DNA from: Acidobacteriota bacterium
GTDB taxonomy: Bacteria; Acidobacteriota; Aminicenantia; Aminicenantales; Saccharicenantaceae
NCBI GenBank assembly: GCA_028749205.1
Contig: JAQULR010000001.1
Coordinates: 62,840 to 126,839, forward strand
Reading direction: 5' to 3'
Length of the DNA stretch: 64,000 bases
The number at the start of each line of letters is the position of its first letter. Positions within the stretch are counted from its first letter, which is position 1. A model generated the notes under the pieces. That model saw only the letters and a list, made by a program, of their open reading frames with translations, had not been told where the DNA came from and searched no databases. Both the position numbers and the translations under genes were made by a program. Shown here piece after piece: positions 26,316-35,774 of this stretch.

Positions 26316-27023
26316 GTGGGTCAGGGAAGTGAGCTGGCGAATGATGATAAACAGAGAAGCCGACCATTCCTGGTTTTATTGGTGCTCGTAGTCCTGTGGG
26401 CCTTCGGCGGGCAAGGTTGTGCCAGGGGGCCAATCAACTTTGTTTCTCCAGACGAAATTCAAAATTTAGCTGGCCAGGCCTCATGTTATGCAAGGGGTCC
26501 GGGAAAAGAGGGTCGGTTTCGTCTTGGCTTTTATGGCAATGTTCCCGATCAGGTGAAACTGGAGCTGTTCAATCCCTTAGGTGGCGTAGAATCCATTCTC
26601 TGGTTAAATGGCCCAGAAGCTATTCTGTATTTACCGGGAGAGAAAGTGTTTTGGCAGGGCCACGGCCAGTTGATTACCTCAGATTTTTTTGGGACTGAAC
26701 TTGAAACCAGGGAGCTAATTCAGATGCTGGCGGCTCGCTGGGCGGAGCTTGAAAAGCAAGGCGGCTGGAAGTTGCTATTAGATGAAGAGGAATCAGTCAT
26801 AGCGGGGGAAAAAGGTAATCTGCGGTTTGAGATCAAAGAAAGATTTTCCCCAGGCCAGATCCCCAGGACAATTTATTTTGAGGCCCAGGGCTATATGGTA
26901 AGAATGCGGATTCTAAAGATTAAATTTAACCACTTGGAAGCTAAGTCAGTTTTTCGTCCGACTCTTCCACCTGCGGTCCGAGAGCTTCCATGGGAAGAGA
27001 TTTCTGCGAGATGGAACAGATAA
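26316..27023 (+). CDS. Putative lipoprotein, possibly LolB-like
   Basis: Signal sequence ending in the lipobox-like LWAFGGQGC. Located immediately upstream of ispE-prs, the position lolB occupies in proteobacteria. The function is inferred from synteny only. Confidence 0.5.
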   Translation: MGQGSELANDDKQRSRPFLVLLVLVVLWAFGGQGCARGPINFVSPDEIQNLAGQASCYARGPGKEGRFRLGFYGNVPDQVKLELFNPLGGVESILWLNGPEAILYLPGEKVFWQGHGQLITSDFFGTELETRELIQMLAARWAELEKQGGWKLLLDEEESVIAGEKGNLRFEIKERFSPGQIPRTIYFEAQGYMVRMRILKIKFNHLEAKSVFRPTLPPAVRELPWEEISARWNR

Positions 27024-27904
27024 TCTGCCAGGCCCTGGCCAAGGTCAACCTGGGCTTAGAAGTTGGTAGTCAAAGAGCAGATGGCTATCATGAAATCATA
27101 ACCCTGTTTCAGACGATTGATCTAAAAGACCAACTGATGTTCAAAAGTCGCGCTGATGGCCAGATTATCCTTTCAGGAAACCGACAAGACATCCTCTGGG
27201 ATAAAAATAACCTAATTTACCGGGCGGCCTTATTATTGCGGCAAGAAACTGGATCCACCAGAGGAGCAGAAATAATAGTTGGGAAAAGCATTCCTCCTGG
27301 TCGAGGCCTGGCCGGCGGCAGCAGTAACGCGGCTATCACCCTAATGGCTTTAAACCGCCTTTGGGGCTTGAACCTGACTCTGGAGAGATTGTTGACCATA
27401 GCAACTGAACTGGGAGCCGATGCCCCCTTTTTTTTCTTTGGCGGGCTTTGCTTGGGCCAAGGAAAGGGAGAGCAACTCCAGCCTCTGGCTGATTTGCCAA
27501 CAGGCTGGCTACTGGTGGTTATCCCGGATTTTCCCGTCTCCACAGCTATGGCTTACCAGGAGTATAAAAGGCAAGCTGGCTGCTTGACTTCGCAGAATAA
27601 AGAAAGTAAAATTTATCAGTTTTTAGAAACTAAGAATATTAAATTATTTCAACAATTAACGAACGATTTAGAGCTCATAGTATTTAAAATACATCCTCAG
27701 TTAGCTGAGATTAAAAAGGCCTTGATTTCGGCGGGAGCTGAATTGTCTCTGATGAGTGGCTCAGGATCAGCCGTTTTTGGGTGGTTTCGCACTTTGACCT
27801 TGGCTAAGAAAGCAGCCGAAAGTCTTAAGACTGGTCATCGGGCTTTATGTCTAAAGACTGTTGGGCGGGAAAGTTATTGGCACAAAATCAGCACTGGGGC
27901 GTAG
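27011..27904 (+). CDS. ispE: 4-diphosphocytidyl-2-C-methyl-D-erythritol kinase
   Basis: GHMP kinase motif PPGRGLAGGSSNAA and N-terminal AKVNLGLEV. The start could be 27011 or the track's 26990. Confidence 0.9.
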   Translation: MEQIICQALAKVNLGLEVGSQRADGYHEIITLFQTIDLKDQLMFKSRADGQIILSGNRQDILWDKNNLIYRAALLLRQETGSTRGAEIIVGKSIPPGRGLAGGSSNAAITLMALNRLWGLNLTLERLLTIATELGADAPFFFFGGLCLGQGKGEQLQPLADLPTGWLLVVIPDFPVSTAMAYQEYKRQAGCLTSQNKESKIYQFLETKNIKLFQQLTNDLELIVFKIHPQLAEIKKALISAGAELSLMSGSGSAVFGWFRTLTLAKKAAESLKTGHRALCLKTVGRESYWHKISTGA

Positions 27905-27967
27905 CCAAACTGGTAAGGCAACGGACTTTGGATCCGTCACTTGGAGGTTCGAGCCCTCCCGCCCCAG
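27895..27967 (+). tRNA. tRNA-Gln (anticodon UUG)
   Basis: Hand-folded cloverleaf. Acceptor stem TGGGGCG/CGCCCCA, anticodon stem ACGGA/TCCGT with loop CTTTGGA, T arm GGAGG-TTCGAGC-CCTCC. 73 nt with no encoded CCA. Confidence 0.9.
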
Positions 27968-27999
27968 CTCTGGTAAAGGCTTGAGAAAGGTAAGGTAAG

Positions 28000-28929
28000 A
28001 TGAAAGTATTTTCAGGTTCATCCAACCCGGAGCTGGCCAGAAAGATTGCCAGCTATCTAAATATTGAATTGGGTAGATGCGTCCTGGACAGGTTTTCAGA
28101 TGGTGAAATTCATTTCTATATTGATGAGAATGTCAGGGGAGAAGATGTTTTTGTAATTCAAACGGGCTCCACCGAGACTAACTTTCATTTGATGGAGTTA
28201 TTTATAATGCTGGATGCCTTTAAGCGGGCTTCAGCTGGCCGGATCACCGCAGTCATTCCCTATTATGCTTATGCCCGTCAGGATTGGAAAGATCGACCCA
28301 GGGTGCCGATTTCTGCCAGGCTGATGGCTGACTTGCTGGAAATTGCTGGGGCCAACAGAGTCTTGACTATGGATTTGCATTCCCCACAGATTCAGGGATT
28401 CTTTTCAATTCCGGTAGATAATCTGATGGCCGCACCGGTGATAGCGAATCATTTGATGACTTTGAATCTAGCTAACCTGACCATAGTATCTCCTGATGCG
28501 GGAGGTGTGGGTCGGGCCAGGGTTTTTGCCAAAAGGATGGATGCCCGCTTGGCTATCATAGATAAGAGACGCCCGGCTCCCAACGTGGCTGAGGTGCTCC
28601 ATGTTATTGGTGAGGTCAAAGGCCAGGATGTAGTTGTTTTTGATGACATGGTCGATACGGCCGGGACACTGACACTTGGAGCAGAGGCTTTAAAGAGAGA
28701 AGGGGCTAAACGTATCTTTGCCGCCTGTACCCATCCGATTTTATCAGGGGCAGCGGTAGAGAGGATTGAAAAGTCCAGGCTGGAAAAAGTCTTTGTGACT
28801 GATACTATTCCCTTGCAAGATAAAGCCCGCCAATGCACCAGGTTGCAAGTGCTATCAGTGGCTGAGCTTTTTGGCGAGGCTATAAGAAGAATAAATGAAA
28901 GTAGTTCAGTTAGCTCTTTGTTTACTTAA
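28000..28929 (+). CDS. prs: Ribose-phosphate pyrophosphokinase
   Basis: 309 aa. The DLHSPQIQGFF and VVFDDMVDTAGT PRPP-binding motifs are present. Confidence 0.96.
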   Translation: MKVFSGSSNPELARKIASYLNIELGRCVLDRFSDGEIHFYIDENVRGEDVFVIQTGSTETNFHLMELFIMLDAFKRASAGRITAVIPYYAYARQDWKDRPRVPISARLMADLLEIAGANRVLTMDLHSPQIQGFFSIPVDNLMAAPVIANHLMTLNLANLTIVSPDAGGVGRARVFAKRMDARLAIIDKRRPAPNVAEVLHVIGEVKGQDVVVFDDMVDTAGTLTLGAEALKREGAKRIFAACTHPILSGAAVERIEKSRLEKVFVTDTIPLQDKARQCTRLQVLSVAELFGEAIRRINESSSVSSLFT

Positions 28930-28940
28930 GGAGGAAAGAT

Positions 28941-29609
28941 ATGACTTTGGTGATTAAGGCTGACAAAAGAACAGAATTTGGCAAGAATGCCGCAGGACGA
29001 CTCAGGCGTCAGGGATTAGTCCCAGCTATTCTATATGGCGAGGCGGCGGATAATGTTCCGTTGAGCTTGCAGAAGAAGGATGTTATTGAAATTCTAAAAT
29101 CAGAGACTGGAGAAAATACTATTTTTCAGGTTGCCTTTGATACTGAGACCAGAGACGTGATGCTTAAGGAGGTCCAGATTAATTCTGTAACGGATGAACT
29201 GACTCATGTCGATCTCATTCAAATTTCAATGGACAAACCGGTTAGAGTCTCGGTGCCTGTGGAGCTGGTTGGCGAACCCGTCGGGGTAAAGGTTGAGGGA
29301 GGCCTGGCAGACTTTCTGCTTAGAGAACTTGAAATTGAGTGCTTGCCAAGAGAAATTCCTGAATCTATTAAAATAGACATCGGCCCTCTTCACCTTCATC
29401 AGTCTTTTAAGATACAGGATCTGGAGCTTCCGGCTAGTCTCAAGGTACTACATGATGCCCAGACAGCTATAGTGGTTATTAGCAGTGTGGCTGAAGAGGT
29501 AGCTCCGGGTACGGCTGAGGAAATTGTAGAAGAAGAGCCTGAAGCTACAGAACCTGAGCTTATCAAGAAAGAACGGAAGAGAGAAGAAGAGGAAGAAGAT
29601 AAGGGGTAA
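28941..29609 (+). CDS. rplY: 50S ribosomal protein L25/general stress protein Ctc
   Basis: N-terminus ..RTEFGKNAAGRLRRQGLVPAILYG plus an acidic C-terminal tail. Fits the prs-ctc-pth synteny. Confidence 0.9.
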   Translation: MTLVIKADKRTEFGKNAAGRLRRQGLVPAILYGEAADNVPLSLQKKDVIEILKSETGENTIFQVAFDTETRDVMLKEVQINSVTDELTHVDLIQISMDKPVRVSVPVELVGEPVGVKVEGGLADFLLRELEIECLPREIPESIKIDIGPLHLHQSFKIQDLELPASLKVLHDAQTAIVVISSVAEEVAPGTAEEIVEEEPEATEPELIKKERKREEEEEDKG

Positions 29610-29612
29610 TAC

Positions 29613-30203
29613 GTGTGGCTGGTGGTCGGTCTGGGAAATCCGGGTTCCAGATACCATTACACCAGACATAACGCTGGCTTCCTGGCGGTACAGTCTATAG
29701 CCAAGGCTTGGCATTTGCAGTCCTGGACTAGATCATCAAACTCGAAAATCATCAAGACGAAGAAAGGCTCTAAAGGGGTGATTCTGGCCCAGCCTCTGAC
29801 CTTTATGAACTTAAGCGGCTTGGCTGTCAGGGACTTAATGAGTCACTACAAAATCAAACCTGATAACCTGATAGTCATCTATGATGACCTGGACCTGGAT
29901 CTTGGTGAGATCCGGGTCAGGGCCCAGGGTAGTCCAGGGACTCATAAAGGTATGCAGTCTATAATTCAGGCCATAGGTACTCAGTCCTTCCCGCGAGTGC
30001 GGATAGGCATTGGTCCAAAACCAGATCAGCAGGATGCCAGCCAATATGTTTTGTCAGAGTTTTGTGAGGAAGAAAAGGAAAAGCTTGGCCGGGTCTTAGA
30101 AAAGACTCAACGGGCTGTAGAAATGACTATAGCCGGAAGACTGCCTGCCGCCATGAATGTTTTTAACAGTAGAAGAAAGGCCCCGCTTAGCGAAGAGGGT
30201 TGA
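29613..30203 (+). CDS. pth: Peptidyl-tRNA hydrolase
   Basis: Motifs VGLGNPGSRYHYTRHNAGF and GSPGTHKGMQSI. GTG start. Confidence 0.92.
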   Translation: MWLVVGLGNPGSRYHYTRHNAGFLAVQSIAKAWHLQSWTRSSNSKIIKTKKGSKGVILAQPLTFMNLSGLAVRDLMSHYKIKPDNLIVIYDDLDLDLGEIRVRAQGSPGTHKGMQSIIQAIGTQSFPRVRIGIGPKPDQQDASQYVLSEFCEEEKEKLGRVLEKTQRAVEMTIAGRLPAAMNVFNSRRKAPLSEEG

Positions 30204-30290
30204 TTTTTCAGGAGATTATTGTAAAATGAGGGTTAATCTCCTTGTTCCTTAGCTGAAACTGAGGAGCTGTAAATCCATAAGGAGGAAACG

Positions 30291-30686
30291 ATGAACCATT
30301 ACGAAACAGCTTTTATTATCGCTCCCAACCTGCCTGAAGAAGAAACTTCGGCCTTGATCAATCAATTAGCTGAAGTGATTGTGAGTAAGAATGGCCAGAT
30401 GATTAAACAAGACCTATGGGGCAAGAGAAGGCTGGCCTATCCCATTAAGAAATTTAATGAAGGATTTTATGTTTTTTTTACCTATCAAGGAGCGCCAGCG
30501 GTGTCAGCTGAGCTGGAAAGACGGTTCAAACAAACAGATGCTGTCCTGCGCTTCATGACTATCAGAAAGGATTCTCACGATTCAGTTGCGGGGCAGAAAA
30601 GAGCCAAGCCTAAGGCTGCAGAAGCAGCCAGAAAGAACGAAGGTGAGAACCAGGCTCAAAGTTCGTCCAGTGAGGAGGTAAAGTAA
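30291..30686 (+). CDS. rpsF: 30S ribosomal protein S6
   Basis: [26 protein letters not shown] pattern with an extended C-terminal tail. Confidence 0.93.
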   Translation: MNHYETAFIIAPNLPEEETSALINQLAEVIVSKNGQMIKQDLWGKRRLAYPIKKFNEGFYVFFTYQGAPAVSAELERRFKQTDAVLRFMTIRKDSHDSVAGQKRAKPKAAEAARKNEGENQAQSSSSEEVK

Positions 30687-30687
30687 C

Positions 30688-30954
30688 ATGGCTAATAGAG
30701 AAGAAAGAGATAAAGTTGATAGAACTCCATCAAAAAGATTCTTTACCCCTCGGAAAAAGGTCTGCCGGTTCTGTGAGAGAAATATCCGGGACATTGATTA
30801 CAAGGCGGTTGACATCCTCCGTAAATACATTCCCGACCGCGGCAAGATTGCCCCACGCCGGGTAACGGGTACTTGTGCCTATCACCAGAGAAAACTAGCC
30901 AGGGCTATCAAAAGGGCCCGGATCATGGCCTTGCTCCCGTTTGTTGAAGACTGA
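30688..30954 (+). CDS. rpsR: 30S ribosomal protein S18
   Basis: CRFC..IDYK..LRKYI..GKI.PRR.TG.C..HQRKLA.AIKRAR pattern. Confidence 0.93.
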   Translation: MANREERDKVDRTPSKRFFTPRKKVCRFCERNIRDIDYKAVDILRKYIPDRGKIAPRRVTGTCAYHQRKLARAIKRARIMALLPFVED

Positions 30955-30971
30955 GGTTGAGGAGGGAGCTG

Positions 30972-31454
30972 ATGAAAATTATTCTTTTAGAAAATGTAGA
31001 AAATGTTGGAAGGCAGGGAGATGTTCTGGAAGTAGCCCCTGGCTTTGCCAGAAACTATCTGATTCCCAGAAAAATGGCCATAGAAGTTACTCCAGCCAAC
31101 TTGAAGTCAGTCGAGATGCGGCAGAAGGCCCTGAAGAAAAAACTGGAAAAAGAAAGACTGACTTATCAAGAACTGATAAAGCAATTAAACGAGATTACCT
31201 TAACCTTTGTCCGTAAATCCAGCGACAAAGATATCATTTTCGGTTCAGTCTCAGCTGCTGATATTCAAGAAGAGCTGGCCCGTCGTGGCTTTGACCTGGA
31301 TAAGAAGAAGATAGTTTTAGAAGAACCAATTAAAAGGCTGGGGTCTTTCACTATCCCGGTCAAGGTTTACCATGAAGATAGAGCGGAAATAAGAGTAGAA
31401 GTAATCAAAGAAGAACCTCTGCCCTCAGAAAATCAGACCGAGCCCAGATCTTGA
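30972..31454 (+). CDS. rplI: 50S ribosomal protein L9
   Basis: MKIILLENVENVGRQGDVLEVAPGFARNYLIP. ATG at 30972 follows GGAGGGAG. The track start at 30957 adds 5 aa. Confidence 0.93.
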   Translation: MKIILLENVENVGRQGDVLEVAPGFARNYLIPRKMAIEVTPANLKSVEMRQKALKKKLEKERLTYQELIKQLNEITLTFVRKSSDKDIIFGSVSAADIQEELARRGFDLDKKKIVLEEPIKRLGSFTIPVKVYHEDRAEIRVEVIKEEPLPSENQTEPRS

Positions 31455-31528
31455 GGACGGTAGAGTCTTAAATAGTGTCTATTAAGATAAACAATCTGGT
31501 GGCAGTTCCGCCAGAGAAGTGAGAAATT

Positions 31529-32887
31529 ATGGAAGTGGATTTGACCGTTCTCAAGAAAACCCCACCTCATAGCCTGGAGGCCGAAAGGACAGTTCTGGGG
31601 GGTATTCTGGTCAATAATGGCTACTTAAACGCAGTCATGTCGTTGCTGACGCCTGAAGATTTTTATCGTGATGCCCACCGAGAAATTCTGGAGAGGATGA
31701 TTGCTTTGATGGACCGGGGTCAGCCTATAGATTTATTGACCCTGAGCGAAGAACTGCAGAAAGCTGGAGCTCTGGAAGAAATCGGGGGGTCGGCTTATCT
31801 GGCTTCCCTGATGGATGGAGTACCGAGAACCCTAAACATTGAATATTATGTTCAAATTATAAAAGAAAAATCTCTGTTGAGACGGCTAATTCTATCATCG
31901 GCAAAAATTATCAATAGCTCCTATGAACAGCAGTCAGATGCTGATACTTTGCTGAGCGAAGCCCAACAGGCTATCATTGAGATTTCTGAAGAAAAGATAA
32001 AAGCTGGTTTTGTGCCTCTTAGCCTCCTGGCAGGCGATGAACTGGAAGCAATAGCCAGAAAAGCGGAACGCCGAGAAGCGGTTACTGGAGTGCCTACCGG
32101 CTTTATAGATCTGGACAACATGACATCTGGCTTTCACCCTTCAGAATTCATAGTCATTGCCGGAAGGCCTTCAATGGGGAAAACTGCCTTAGCTCTGAAT
32201 ATTGCCCAGCATGTGGGGCTGAAAACTGATTACTATGCCGGGATCTTCTCTATAGAAATGGCCAAGGAGCAGGTAGCCCTGAGATTCCTTTGCTCAGAAG
32301 CCCAAGTCGACCTCCAGAAAGCCAGGTCAGGGTTTGTGGGTGAGAGAGAATTTGAAAAGCTGCAATTAGCTGCCGAAACCTTAGCCCAGGCGAAAATCTA
32401 TGTCGATGAATCGCCGGCTCTTACTGTTATGGAAATGAAAGCTAAATGCCGGAGATTGAGGTTAGAAGGTCACCTAGATATAGTATTTGTGGATTACATT
32501 CAACTGATGAGAACCGGTGGCCGCTTTGAAAATCGTAATCAGGAAATGTCTTTTATTGCCAGAACTCTTAAAGAGCTAGCCCGGGAACTGAAGATACCGG
32601 TAGTGGGAGTGTCTCAGCTAAGCCGGGCTCCGGAAAAAATGCGCCGCGAACCCAGGCCGATGCTGTCAGACCTTAGGGAATCAGGGGCCATCGAACAGGA
32701 TGCTGATGTGGTTTTATTAATATATCGCCCTGACTACTACAGCTCCGATGATCCAGAGAAAAAAGGTTTAGCTGAAGTAAATGTTGCCAAGCAACGGAAT
32801 GGACCAGTAGGACCGGTAACCCTGGTCTTCCTTAAGGAATACGCCAAGTTCTGTAATTTGGACTATAGTTTCCGGCCTGAAGTCTAA
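31529..32887 (+). CDS. dnaB: Replicative DNA helicase DnaB
   Basis: 452 aa. PPHSLEAERTVLGGIL N-terminus, Walker A GRPSMGKTALAL, and RESGAIEQDADVV. Confidence 0.95.
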   Translation: MEVDLTVLKKTPPHSLEAERTVLGGILVNNGYLNAVMSLLTPEDFYRDAHREILERMIALMDRGQPIDLLTLSEELQKAGALEEIGGSAYLASLMDGVPRTLNIEYYVQIIKEKSLLRRLILSSAKIINSSYEQQSDADTLLSEAQQAIIEISEEKIKAGFVPLSLLAGDELEAIARKAERREAVTGVPTGFIDLDNMTSGFHPSEFIVIAGRPSMGKTALALNIAQHVGLKTDYYAGIFSIEMAKEQVALRFLCSEAQVDLQKARSGFVGEREFEKLQLAAETLAQAKIYVDESPALTVMEMKAKCRRLRLEGHLDIVFVDYIQLMRTGGRFENRNQEMSFIARTLKELARELKIPVVGVSQLSRAPEKMRREPRPMLSDLRESGAIEQDADVVLLIYRPDYYSSDDPEKKGLAEVNVAKQRNGPVGPVTLVFLKEYAKFCNLDYSFRPEV

Positions 32888-32902
32888 ACCCGGACAACCA
32901 TA

Positions 32903-33691
32903 ATGGAACGAAAAGCCAAGATACCATTCGGTAATTTTTTTGAACAGCTGGGGCAGGTTTATGACCTGGCTATAAAGGGATTTAAGGCTCTTTTCAAGAG
33001 GCCTTTTGAAAAAAGAAATTTTATCCAGCAACTGGAAGAGATTGGGGTCAATTCTCTTCCAGTCGTATCACTGACCGCGGCCTTTGGAGGCCTGGTTTTC
33101 GGGCTGCAGACCTATATCGCTCTTCATCGTTACGTTGGTCCTGGGTCAGAAGCTCAGGGCGGATCGATTATTGCTGTTGGGCTATGCCGGGAGCTGATTC
33201 CCATTCTGGTTGGTTTAATGGTTGCTGGCCGGGTTGGATCATCGATGACGGCCGAAATCGGCACTATGAAAATAACCGAGCAGATCGATGCTCTGATGAG
33301 CTTGGGGGCTAGCCCGGTTGGCTTTTTGGTAGCCCCGAGAATTATAGCCAGCCTGATAATGGTACCCTGCCTTACTCTTTATGGTGACGTCATCTCGATT
33401 TTTGGGGGCTATGCCTATAACGTTATTTTTATGAATGTAAATCATAGACTCTATATACAGAACACCCTGAAATATTTTGAAATGGGGGATGTTTCCGCCG
33501 GTTTGATCAAGGCCTTGGTTTTCGGTCTGGTAATCTCCTTAGTAGGATGCTGGCAGGGCCTGGGGGCTGAAGGTGGAGCTGAGGGAGTTGGACGGGCCAC
33601 CACCAAATCGGTGGTGGTAGCCAGCATTACTATTCTTATCCTGAATTATTTTTTAAGTCAAATGTTCGAACTTTTGCAGGTCGGGGTTTGA
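32903..33691 (+). CDS. mlaE: MlaE-family ABC permease (phospholipid transport)
   Basis: 262 aa. The motif TAEIGTMKITEQIDAL is the MlaE/YrbE signature. Confidence 0.88.
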   Translation: MERKAKIPFGNFFEQLGQVYDLAIKGFKALFKRPFEKRNFIQQLEEIGVNSLPVVSLTAAFGGLVFGLQTYIALHRYVGPGSEAQGGSIIAVGLCRELIPILVGLMVAGRVGSSMTAEIGTMKITEQIDALMSLGASPVGFLVAPRIIASLIMVPCLTLYGDVISIFGGYAYNVIFMNVNHRLYIQNTLKYFEMGDVSAGLIKALVFGLVISLVGCWQGLGAEGGAEGVGRATTKSVVVASITILILNYFLSQMFELLQVGV

Positions 33692-33697
33692 TAGCAA

Positions 33698-34450
33698 ATG
33701 AGCAAGATTAAGATAATTGATGTTCATAAAAACTTTGATCAGAAAAAAGTCCTCCAGGGAGTTAATTTGGAGATTGAGCGCGGAGAAATTATGGTTGTCA
33801 TCGGTCAGAGTGGCTCTGGCAAGAGCGTTCTACTGAAACATATCATAGGAATAATGCAACCGTCTCGAGGGGAGATTTTTATTGATGGCCAGGAGGTTAC
33901 CTCTCTCAGAGATGAAGACCGGCTAAAGCTCAGCCGGAAATTCGGGATGCTGTTTCAGGGGGCAGCTTTGTTTGATTCCATGACCGTTGCTGAGAATGTG
34001 GCCTTTGGCCTCAGAAGACATACTGAGCTTTCAGAAAAAGAAATTGAGCGAGTTGTTCAAGATAGTTTGGAGAGAGTCGGGCTCAGAAATGTTGAGCAGC
34101 TGCTTCCTTATGAACTCTCAGGCGGAATGAAAAAGAGAGTGGGGTTGGCGAGGGCGATTGCCTATAGTCCTGAGATTATACTGTATGATGAACCAACGAC
34201 TGGACTAGACCCGATCAGAGCAGATGCCATTGATAATCTGATCCTGCAATTGAAGGATCAATTAAAGGTTACCTCGGTGGTTATCACCCATGATATGAGT
34301 ATGACCTATAAGGTGGCTGATAGGATTGCCATGCTTTATAATGGCCGGATTATAGAAACCGGCACCCCAGAAGAGATAAAAAATTCAGCTAATCCGGTGG
34401 TTCAGCAATTTATCCACGGCCGGGCTACTGGTCCAATAGCTGAATGGTGA
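33698..34450 (+). CDS. mlaF: MlaF-type ABC ATPase
   Basis: Walker A GQSGSGKS, signature LSGGMKKRVGLARA, Walker B ILYDEPTTGLD. Confidence 0.88.
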   Translation: MSKIKIIDVHKNFDQKKVLQGVNLEIERGEIMVVIGQSGSGKSVLLKHIIGIMQPSRGEIFIDGQEVTSLRDEDRLKLSRKFGMLFQGAALFDSMTVAENVAFGLRRHTELSEKEIERVVQDSLERVGLRNVEQLLPYELSGGMKKRVGLARAIAYSPEIILYDEPTTGLDPIRADAIDNLILQLKDQLKVTSVVITHDMSMTYKVADRIAMLYNGRIIETGTPEEIKNSANPVVQQFIHGRATGPIAEW

Positions 34451-34460
34451 GGAGAAAACT

Positions 34461-35774
34461 ATGGCCATGAAAAGAGAAGTTAAGGTAGGCATTTTCATAA
34501 CAGTTTTTTTTATTTTGCTGATTGTTTTTATGATTTTTGTTGGGGATATGCTGGCGATATTCAAATCTCCTGGCTACCGGATCTATGCGGTTTTTGATTC
34601 TGCCTTAGGCCTGGAAAAAAGTGCTTCGGTTAAGATGGCTGGAATCAAAATTGGTATGGTGGAGGACATTGCCCTTGACGGACGCCAGGCTAGAGTTACT
34701 ATGAGTATCTTACCTGAATACCAGATTCCCTCTGGTTCTAAAGCCACCCTGGCTTCTCTGGGAGTCCTGGGCGAAAAATATGTAGAAATAGTCCCAAGCC
34801 AGGAAAACACTTTTTATCCGCCAGAAGCTGTCATGGATTCCCTGCCTTCAGTTAGTTTTGATCAGCTGGGTAGTTTAATAATGTCGATGGGAGAGGAAAT
34901 CAAAAAGGCAGTTAACTCGGTCAACCATGCCCTGGAAAAAGACCTGGGGCCGAACCTGAATCGAGCTCTGGTCAACCTGGAATCTTTGACCGATGAGCTT
35001 GATGGTCTGGTGAAAGAAAATAGAGCCGCGGTGCATCAAACAGTAGTTACGACTAATGAAACGATTTCCAATATCAACCAGCAGGTGGGAAAAGTTGCCG
35101 CTAGCCTTCAGGAAACTGTCTCGGAGATTAACAGCCTGGTTAAGGAAAACAGGGCAGGAGTTCAAAATAATCTTCAAAAGCTGGAAGAAGCTTTGGGAAA
35201 TCTGGAGGAAACCTTAACTAGTCTGAAGCAAATTTTAGAAAAAGTTGATCAAGGACAGGGGACTGTAGGTAAACTAATTAATGAACCGGAGCTGTATGAC
35301 CAGGCAAGAGCCACAGTCGAGGAAGTTAACAAAATTACCTCGTCTGTAAAAGCTATGGAATTATTCGGTGGAGTTCAAGGGACTTACTATGGCCAAAGTG
35401 AGCTTTTCAGGGGCCAGATCTCAGGCGGTTTTTTATGGCGTGGCCAAGGTTTATTAGAAGCCGGATTAATCCACAATCCCTGGGAAGATAAATTCGTCTA
35501 TTCCTTACAGGCCGGTTGGAGGTGGCGCAGTCTGGTTTTCCGGGGAGGGGTGATAGAGTCGAGTTTTGGGGCTGGCCTCGACTGGTATTTGTTGAATAGG
35601 CGGCTGGCCATCAGTGCAGAAGGATTTGATTTTAACCGCGATCCTAGGCCCCAGTTCAGGCTTTATGGAAGGATCTATCCTGTTCAGAATGTTTATCTGA
35701 TTGTGGGGTTAGATGATTTTTCCCTGGCTTCTCGCCGGGAATTTTTTTTCGGCCTGGGACTAGAGCTGAGATGA
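34461..35774 (+). CDS. mlaD: MCE/MlaD-family protein with a long helical region and a beta-rich C-terminal domain
   Basis: N-terminal TM segment, then an MCE domain (..GLEKSASVKMAGIKIGMVEDIAL). A helical region carries the internal repeat LVKENRAAV / LVKENRAGV. The last ~140 aa have alternating aromatic/Gly beta-like sequence ending FFFGLGLELR. Confidence 0.75.
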   Translation: MAMKREVKVGIFITVFFILLIVFMIFVGDMLAIFKSPGYRIYAVFDSALGLEKSASVKMAGIKIGMVEDIALDGRQARVTMSILPEYQIPSGSKATLASLGVLGEKYVEIVPSQENTFYPPEAVMDSLPSVSFDQLGSLIMSMGEEIKKAVNSVNHALEKDLGPNLNRALVNLESLTDELDGLVKENRAAVHQTVVTTNETISNINQQVGKVAASLQETVSEINSLVKENRAGVQNNLQKLEEALGNLEETLTSLKQILEKVDQGQGTVGKLINEPELYDQARATVEEVNKITSSVKAMELFGGVQGTYYGQSELFRGQISGGFLWRGQGLLEAGLIHNPWEDKFVYSLQAGWRWRSLVFRGGVIESSFGAGLDWYLLNRRLAISAEGFDFNRDPRPQFRLYGRIYPVQNVYLIVGLDDFSLASRREFFFGLGLELR

